Positions 36,781 to 46,115 of a DNA stretch of 46,115 nucleotides are shown here, in pieces. The DNA comes from Flectonema sp. DT1601 (taxonomy: Eukaryota). The notes beneath the pieces are model-generated. The model was not told the DNA's origin, ran no database searches, and saw nothing but the letters and a program-made list of their open reading frames with translations. Where the stretch lies: positions 1,550,001 through 1,596,115 of the forward strand of contig OZ025787.1 of assembly GCA_964019425.1 (NCBI GenBank). Reading direction: 5' to 3'. A program made the translations under genes and the position numbers. The stretch's first letter is position 1. Each line of letters starts with the position of its first letter.

Positions 36781-39700
36781 AACCCGCAAACCCGCAAACC
36801 CGCAAACCCGCAAACCCGCAAACCCGCAAACCCGCAAACCCGCAAACCCGCAAACCCGCAAACTCTCAAACCCGCAAACCCGCAAACCCGCAAACCCGCA
36901 AACCCGCAAACCCGCAAACCCGCAAACCCGCAAACCCGCAAACCCGCAAACCCGCAAACCCGCAAACCCGCAAACCCGCAAACCCGCAAACCCGCAAACC
37001 CGCAAACCCGCAAACTCGCAAACCCGCAAACCCGCAAACCCGCAAACCCGCAAACCCGCAAACCCGCAAACCCGCAAACCCGCAAACCCGCAAACCCGCA
37101 AACCCGCAAACCCGCAAACCCGCAAACCCGCAAACCCGCAAACCCGCAAACCCGCAAACCCGCAAACCCGCAAACCCGCAAACCCGCAAACCCGCAAACC
37201 CGCAAACCCGCAAACCCGCAAACCCGCAAACTCGCAAACCCGCAAACCCGCAAACCCGCAAACCCGCAAACCCACAAACCCGCAAACCCGCAAACCCGCA
37301 AACCCGCAAACCCGCAAACCCGCAAACCCGCAAACCCGCAAACCCGCAAACCCGCAAACCCGCAAACCCGCAAACCCGCAAACCCGCAAACCCGCAAACC
37401 CGCAAACCCGCAAACCCGCAAACCCGCAAACCCGCAAACCCGCAAACCCGCAAACCCGCAAACCCGCAAACCCGCAAACCCGCAAACCCGCAAACCCGCA
37501 AACCCGCAAACCCGCAAACCCGCAAACCCGCAAACCCGCAAACCCGCAAACCCGCAAACCCGCAAACCCGCAAACCCGCAAACCCGCAAACCCGCAAACC
37601 CGCAAACCCGCAAACCCGCAAACCCGCAAACCCGCAAACCCGCAAACCCGCAAACCCGCAAACCCGCAAACCCGCAAACCCGCAAACCCGCAAACCCGCA
37701 AACCCGCAAACCCGCAAACCCGCAAACCCGCAAACCCGCAAACCCGCAAACCCGCAAACCCGCAAACCCGCAAACCCGCAAACCCGCAAACCCGCAAACC
37801 CGCAAACCCGCAAACCCGCAAACCCGCAAACCCGCAAACCCGCAAACCCGCAAACCCGCAAACCCGCAAACCCGCAAACCCGCAAACCCGCAAACCCGCA
37901 AACCCGCAAACCCGCAAACCCGCAAACCCGCAAACCCGCAAACCCGCAAACCCGCAAACCCGCAAACCCGCAAACCCGCAAACCCGCAAACCCGCAAACC
38001 CGCAAACCCGCAAACCCGCAAACCCGCAAACCCGCAAACCCGCAAACCCGCAAACCCGCAAACCCGCAAACCCGCAAACCCGCAAACCCGCAAACCCGCA
38101 AACCCGCAAACCCGCAAACCCGCAAACCCGCAAACCCGCAAACCCGCAAACCCGCAAACCCGCAAACCCGCAAACCCGCAAACCCGCAAACCCGCAAACC
38201 CGCAAACCCGCAAACCCGCAAACCCGCAAACCCGCAAACCCGCAAACCCGCAAACCCGCAAACCCGCAAACCCGCAAACCCGCAAACCCGCAAACCCGCA
38301 AACCCGCAAACCCGCAAACCCGCAAACCCGCAAACCCGCAAACCCGCAAACCCGCAAACCCGCAAACCCGCAAACCCGCAAACCCGCAAACCCGCAAACC
38401 CGCAAACCCGCAAACCCGCAAACCCGCAAACCCGCAAACCCGCAAACCCGCAAACCCGCAAACCCGCAAACCCGCAAACCCGCAAACCCGCAAACCCGCA
38501 AACCCGCAAACCCGCAAACCCGCAAACCCGCAAACCCGCAAACCCGCAAACCCGCAAACCCGCAAACCCGCAAACCCGCAAACCCGCAAACCCGCAAACC
38601 CGCAAACCCGCAAACCCGCAAACCCGCAAACCCGCAAACCCGCAAACCCGCAAACCCGCAAACCCGCAAACCCGCAAACCCGCAAACCCGCAAACCCGCA
38701 AACCCGCAAACCCGCAAACCCGCAAACCCGCAAACCCGCAAACCCGCAAACCCGCAAACCCGCAAACCCGCAAACCCGCAAACCCGCAAACCCGCAAACC
38801 CGCAAACCCGCAAACCCGCAAACCCGCAAACCCGCAAACCCGCAAACCCGCAAACCCGCAAACCCGCAAACCCGCAAACCCGCAAACCCGCAAACCCGCA
38901 AACCCGCAAACCCGCAAACCCGCAAACCCGCAAACCCGCAAACCCGCAAACCCGCAAACCCGCAAACCCGCAAACCCGCAAACCCGCAAACCCGCAAACC
39001 CGCAAACCCGCAAACCCGCAAACCCGCAAACCCGCAAACCCGCAAACCCGCAAACCCGCAAACCCGCAAACCCGCAAACCCGCAAACCCGCAAACCCGCA
39101 AACCCGCAAACCCGCAAACCCGCAAACCCGCAAACCCGCAAACCCGCAAACCCGCAAACCCGCAAACCCGCAAACCCGCAAACCCGCAAACCCGCAAACC
39201 CGCAAACCCGCAAACCCGCAAACCCGCAAACCCGCAAACCCGCAAACCCGCAAACCCGCAAACCCGCAAACCCGCAAACCCGCAAACCCGCAAACCCGCA
39301 AACCCGCAAACCCGCAAACCCGCAAACCCGCAAACCCGCAAACCCGCAAACCCGCAAACCCGCAAACCCGCAAACCCGCAAACCCGCAAACCCGCAAACC
39401 CGCAAACCCGCAAACCCGCAAACCCGCAAACCCGCAAACCCGCAAACCCGCAAACCCGCAAACCCGCAAACCCGCAAACCCGCAAACCCGCAAACCCGCA
39501 AACCCGCAAACCCGCAAACCCGCAAACCCGCAAACCCGCAAACCCGCAAACCCGCAAACCCGCAAACCCGCAAACCCGCAAACCCGCAAACCCGCAAACC
39601 CGCAAACCCGCAAACCCGCAAACCCGCAAACCCGCAAACCCGCAAACCCGCAAACCCGCAAACCCGCAAACCCGCAAACCCGCAAACCCGCAAACCCGCA

Positions 39701-42700
39701 AACCCGCAAACCCGCAAACCCGCAAACCCGCAAACCCGCAAACCCGCAAACCCGCAAACCCGCAAACCCGCAAACCCGCAAACCCGCAAACCCGCAAACC
39801 CGCAAACCCGCAAACCCGCAAACCCGCAAACCCGCAAACCCGCAAACCCGCAAACCCGCAAACCCGCAAACCCGCAAACCCGCAAACCCGCAAACCCGCA
39901 AACCCGCAAACCCGCAAACCCGCAAACCCGCAAACCCGCAAACCCGCAAACCCGCAAACCCGCAAACCCGCAAACCCGCAAACCCGCAAACCCGCAAACC
40001 CGCAAACCCGCAAACCCGCAAACCCGCAAACCCGCAAACCCGCAAACCCGCAAACCCGCAAACCCGCAAACCCGCAAACCCGCAAACCCGCAAACCCGCA
40101 AACCCGCAAACCCGCAAACCCGCAAACCCGCAAACCCGCAAACCCGCAAACCCGCAAACCCGCAAACCCGCAAACCCGCAAACCCGCAAACCCGCAAACC
40201 CGCAAACCCGCAAACCCGCAAACCCGCAAACCCGCAAACCCGCAAACCCGCAAACCCGCAAACCCGCAAACCCGCAAACCCGCAAACCCGCAAACCCGCA
40301 AACCCGCAAACCCGCAAACCCGCAAACCCGCAAACCCGCAAACCCGCAAACCCGCAAACCCGCAAACCCGCAAACCCGCAAACCCGCAAACCCGCAAACC
40401 CGCAAACCCGCAAACCCGCAAACCCGCAAACCCGCAAACCCGCAAACCCGCAAACCCGCAAACCCGCAAACCCGCAAACCCGCAAACCCGCAAACCCGCA
40501 AACCCGCAAACCCGCAAACCCGCAAACCCGCAAACCCGCAAACCCGCAAACCCGCAAACCCGCAAACCCGCAAACCCGCAAACCCGCAAACCCGCAAACC
40601 CGCAAACCCGCAAACCCGCAAACCCGCAAACCCGCAAACCCGCAAACCCGCAAACCCGCAAACCCGCAAACCCGCAAACCCGCAAACCCGCAAACCCGCA
40701 AACCCGCAAACCCGCAAACCCGCAAACCCGCAAACCCGCAAACCCGCAAACCCGCAAACCCGCAAACCCGCAAACCCGCAAACCCGCAAACCCGCAAACC
40801 CGCAAACCCGCAAACCCGCAAACCCGCAAACCCGCAAACCCGCAAACCCGCAAACCCGCAAACCCGCAAACCCGCAAACCCGCAAACCCGCAAACCCGCA
40901 AACCCGCAAACCCGCAAACCCGCAAACCCGCAAACCCGCAAACCCGCAAACCCGCAAACCCGCAAACCCGCAAACCCGCAAACCCGCAAACCCGCAAACC
41001 CGCAAACCCGCAAACCCGCAAACCCGCAAACCCGCAAACCCGCAAACCCGCAAACCCGCAAACCCGCAAACCCGCAAACCCGCAAACCCGCAAACCCGCA
41101 AACCCGCAAACCCGCAAACCCGCAAACCCGCAAACCCGCAAACCCGCAAACCCGCAAACCCGCAAACCCGCAAACCCGCAAACCCGCAAACCCGCAAACC
41201 CGCAAACCCGCAAACCCGCAAACCCGCAAACCCGCAAACCCGCAAACCCGCAAACCCGCAAACCCGCAAACCCGCAAACCCGCAAACCCGCAAACCCGCA
41301 AACCCGCAAACCCGCAAACCCGCAAACCCGCAAACCCGCAAACCCGCAAACCCGCAAACCCGCAAACCCGCAAACCCGCAAACCCGCAAACCCGCAAACC
41401 CGCAAACCCGCAAACCCGCAAACCCGCAAACCCGCAAACCCGCAAACCCGCAAACCCGCAAACCCGCAAACCCGCAAACCCGCAAACCCGCAAACCCGCA
41501 AACCCGCAAACCCGCAAACCCGCAAACCCGCAAACCCGCAAACCCGCAAACCCGCAAACCCGCAAACCCGCAAACCCGCAAACCCGCAAACCCGCAAACC
41601 CGCAAACCCGCAAACCCGCAAACCCGCAAACCCGCAAACCCGCAAACCCGCAAACCCGCAAACCCGCAAACCCGCAAACCCGCAAACCCGCAAACCCGCA
41701 AACCCGCAAACCCGCAAACCCGCAAACCCGCAAACCCGCAAACCCGCAAACCCGCAAACCCGCAAACCCGCAAACCCGCAAACCCGCAAACCCGCAAACC
41801 CGCAAACCCGCAAACCCGCAAACCCGCAAACCCGCAAACCCGCAAACCCGCAAACCCGCAAACCCGCAAACCCGCAAACCCGCAAACCCGCAAACCCGCA
41901 AACCCGCAAACCCGCAAACCCGCAAACCCGCAAACCCGCAAACCCGCAAACCCGCAAACCCGCAAACCCGCAAACCCGCAAACCCGCAAACCCGCAAACC
42001 CGCAAACCCGCAAACCCGCAAACCCGCAAACCCGCAAACCCGCAAACCCGCAAACCCGCAAACCCGCAAACCCGCAAACCCGCAAACCCGCAAACCCGCA
42101 AACCCGCAAACCCGCAAACCCGCAAACCCGCAAACCCGCAAACCCGCAAACCCGCAAACCCGCAAACCCGCAAACCCGCAAACCCGCAAACCCGCAAACC
42201 CGCAAACCCGCAAACCCGCAAACCCGCAAACCCGCAAACCCGCAAACCCGCAAACCCGCAAACCCGCAAACCCGCAAACCCGCAAACCCGCAAACCCGCA
42301 AACCCGCAAACCCGCAAACCCGCAAACCCGCAAACCCGCAAACCCGCAAACCCGCAAACCCGCAAACCCGCAAACCCGCAAACCCGCAAACCCGCAAACC
42401 CGCAAACCCGCAAACCCGCAAACCCGCAAACCCGCAAACCCGCAAACCCGCAAACCCGCAAACCCGCAAACCCGCAAACCCGCAAACCCGCAAACCCGCA
42501 AACCCGCAAACCCGCAAACCCGCAAACCCGCAAACCCGCAAACCCGCAAACCCGCAAACCCGCAAACCCGCAAACCCGCAAACCCGCAAACCCGCAAACC
42601 CGCAAACCCGCAAACCCGCAAACCCGCAAACCCGCAAACCCGCAAACCCGCAAACCCGCAAACCCGCAAACCCGCAAACCCGCAAACCCGCAAACCCGCA

Positions 42701-45700
42701 AACCCGCAAACCCGCAAACCCGCAAACCCGCAAACCCGCAAACCCGCAAACCCGCAAACCCGCAAACCCGCAAACCCGCAAACCCGCAAACCCGCAAACC
42801 CGCAAACCCGCAAACCCGCAAACCCGCAAACCCGCAAACCCGCAAACCCGCAAACCCGCAAACCCGCAAACCCGCAAACCCGCAAACCCGCAAACCCGCA
42901 AACCCGCAAACCCGCAAACCCGCAAACCCGCAAACCCGCAAACCCGCAAACCCGCAAACCCGCAAACCCGCAAACCCGCAAACCCGCAAACCCGCAAACC
43001 CGCAAACCCGCAAACCCGCAAACCCGCAAACCCGCAAACCCGCAAACCCGCAAACCCGCAAACCCGCAAACCCGCAAACCCGCAAACCCGCAAACCCGCA
43101 AACCCGCAAACCCGCAAACCCGCAAACCCGCAAACCCGCAAACCCGCAAACCCGCAAACCCGCAAACCCGCAAACCCGCAAACCCGCAAACCCGCAAACC
43201 CGCAAACCCGCAAACCCGCAAACCCGCAAACCCGCAAACCCGCAAACCCGCAAACCCGCAAACCCGCAAACCGCAAACCCGCAAACCCGCAAACCCGCAA
43301 ACCCGCAAACCCGCAAACCCGCAAACCCGCAAACCCGCAAACCCGCAAACCCGCAAACCCGCAAACCCGCAAACCCGCAAACCCGCAAACCCGCAAACCC
43401 GCAAACCCGCAAACCCGCAAACCCGCAAACCCGCAAACCCGCAAACCCGCAAACCCGCAAACCCGCAAACCCGCAAACCCGCAAACCCGCAAACCCGCAA
43501 ACCCGCAAACCCGCAAACCCGCAAACCCGCAAACCCGCAAACCCGCAAACCCGCAAACCCGCAAACCCGCAAACCCGCAAACCCGCAAACCCGCAAACCC
43601 GCAAACCCGCAAACCCGCAAACCCGCAAACCCGCAAACCCGCAAACCCGCAAACCCGCAAACCCGCAAACCCGCAAACCCGCAAACCCGCAAACCCGCAA
43701 ACCCGCAAACCCGCAAACCCGCAAACCCGCAAACCCGCAAACCCGCAAACCCGCAAACCCGCAAACCCGCAAACCCGCAAACCCGCAAACCCGCAAACCC
43801 GCAAACCCGCAAACCCGCAAACCCGCAAACCCGCAAACCCGCAAACCCGCAAACCCGCAAACCCGCAAACCCGCAAACCCGCAAACCCGCAAACCCGCAA
43901 ACCCGCAAACCCGCAAACCCGCAAACCCGCAAACCCGCAAACCCGCAAACCCGCAAACCCGCAAACCCGCAAACCCGCAAACCCGCAAACCCGCAAACCC
44001 GCAAACCCGCAAACCCGCAAACCCGCAAACCCGCAAACCCGCAAACCCGCAAACCCGCAAACCCGCAAACCCGCAAACCCGCAAACCCGCAAACCCGCAA
44101 ACCCGCAAACCCGCAAACCCGCAAACCCGCAAACCCGCAAACCCGCAAACCCGCAAACCCGCAAACCCGCAAACCCGCAAACCCGCAAACCCGCAAACCC
44201 GCAAACCCGCAAACCCGCAAACCCGCAAACCCGCAAACCCGCAAACCCGCAAACCCGCAAACCCGCAAACCCGCAAACCCGCAAACCCGCAAACCCGCAA
44301 ACCCGCAAACCCGCAAACCCGCAAACCCGCAAACCCGCAAACCCGCAAACCCGCAAACCCGCAAACCCGCAAACCCGCAAACCCGCAAACCCGCAAACCC
44401 GCAAACCCGCAAACCCGCAAACCCGCAAACCCGCAAACCCGCAAACCCGCAAACCCGCAAACCCGCAAACCCGCAAACCCGCAAACCCGCAAACCCGCAA
44501 ACCCGCAAACCCGCAAACCCGCAAACCCGCAAACCCGCAAACCCGCAAACCCGCAAACCCGCAAACCCGCAACCCGCAAACCCGCAAACCCGCAAACCCG
44601 CAAACCCGCAAACCCGCAAACCCGCAAACCCGCAAACCCGCAAACCCGCAAACCCGCAAACCCGCAAACCCGCAAACCCGCAAACCCGCAAACCCGCAAA
44701 CCCGCAAACCCGCAAACCGCAAACCCGCAAACCCGCAAACCCGCAAACCCGCAAACCCGCAAACCCGCAAACCCGCAAACCCGCAAACCCGCAAACCCGC
44801 AAACCCGCAAACCCGCAAACCCGCAAACCCGCAAACCCGCAAACCCGCAAACCCGCAAACCCGCAAACCCGCAAACCCGCAAACCCGCAAACCCGCAAAC
44901 CCGCAAACCCGCAAACCCGCAAACCCGCAAACCCGCAAACCCGCAAACCCGCAAACCCGCAAACCCGCAAACCCGCAAACCCGCAAACCCGCAAACCCGC
45001 AAACCCGCAAACCCGCAAACCCGCAAACCCGCAAACCCGCAAACCCGCAAACCCGCAAACCCGCAAACCCGCAAACCCGCAAACCCGCAAACCCGCAAAC
45101 CCGCAAACCCGCAAACCCGCAAACCCGCAAACCCGCAAACCCGCAAACCCGCAAACCCGCAAACCCGCAAACCCGCAAACCCGCAAACCCGCAAACCCGC
45201 AAACCCGCAAACCCGCAAACCCGCAAACCCGCAAACCCGCAAACCCGCAAACCCGCAAACCCGCAAACCCGCAAACCCGCAAACCCGCAAACCCGCAAAC
45301 CCGCAAACCCGCAAACCCGCAAACCCGCAAACCCGCAAACCCGCAAACCCGCAAACCCGCAAACCCGCAAACCCGCAAACCCGCAAACCCGCAAACCCGC
45401 AAACCCGCAAACCCGCAAACCCGCAAACCCGCAAACCCGCAAACCCGCAAACCCGCAAACCCGCAAACCCGCAAACCCGCAAACCCGCAAACCCGCAAAC
45501 CCGCAAACCCGCAAACCCGCAAACCCGCAAACCCGCAAACCCGCAAACCCGCAAACCCGCAAACCCGCAAACCCGCAAACCCGCAAACCCGCAAACCCGC
45601 AAACCCGCAAACCCGCAAACCCGCAAACCCGCAAACCCGCAAACCCGCAAACCCGCAAACCCGCAAACCCGCAAACCCGCAAACCCGCAAACCCGCAAAC

Positions 45701-46115
45701 CCGCAAACCCGCAAACCCGCAAACCCGCAAACCCGCAAACCCGCAAACCCGCAAACCCGCAAACCCGCAAACCCGCAAACCCGCAAACCCGCAAACCCGC
45801 AAACCCGCAAACCCGCAAACCCGCAAACCCGCAAACCCGCAAACCCGCAAACCCGCAAACCCGCAAACCCGCAAACCCGCAAACCCGCAAACCCGCAAAC
45901 CCGCAAACCCGCAAACCCGCAAACCCGCAAACCCGCAAACCCGCAAACCCGCAAACCCGCAAACCCGCAAACCCGCAAACCCGCAAACCCGCAAACCCGC
46001 AAACCCGCAAACCCGCAAACCCGCAAACCCGCAAACCCGCAAACCCGCAAACCCGCAAACCCGCAAACCCGCAAACCCGCAAACCCGCAAACCCGCAAAC
46101 CCGCAAACCCGCAAA
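36781..46115. repeat. (AAACCCGC)n / (GCGGGTTT)n 8-bp tandem array, ~9.3 kb, ~1165 units, running off the window; telomere-like or satellite
   Basis: Directly visible. Substitution variants only at 36860, 37012, 37228 and 37268; single-base deletions near 43271, 44571 and 44716. Confidence 0.98.

Noticed and set aside
35958..46114. Three >3000-aa ORFs of (RVCGFAGL)n, one in frame with the APE remnant
   Set aside because: An 8-bp unit with no stop codon is open in every frame; there is no ATG and no evidence of coding. Only 35958-36780 is genuine retrotransposon protein.
36781..46115. CRISPR-like array
   Set aside because: No spacers; a simple tandem repeat in eukaryotic DNA.

Overview
Eukaryotic (protist-type) genomic DNA with AT-rich, poly(A)/poly(T)-laden intergenic sequence. 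Four co-directional + strand genes: the 3' part of a uroporphyrinogen decarboxylase with one 70-bp GT-AG intron, an Sfi1-repeat-like protein, a non-canonical cytochrome P450 and, after a ~19-kb gene-free stretch, a Cys-rich/Pro-Thr-repeat type I membrane protein. The right part looks subtelomeric: an internally deleted piggyBac element (14-bp TIRs, TTAA TSDs), a tRNA-His(GTG), and a 5'-truncated, frameshifted APE-RT-RNase H non-LTR retrotransposon (Ingi/I-group-like). The truncated end of that element runs without a spacer into a 9.3-kb, almost perfect (AAACCCGC)n array that reaches the window end. The array looks telomere-like but has the opposite polarity to canonical telomeres (C-rich strand 5'->3' toward the end) and is collinear with the element's first-strand cDNA. 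The RT also carries an unusual ~75-aa insertion that looks PDZ-like by eye. A euglenozoan (diplonemid/kinetoplastid-like) origin is my inference only. All family calls come from motif recognition; no searches were run.
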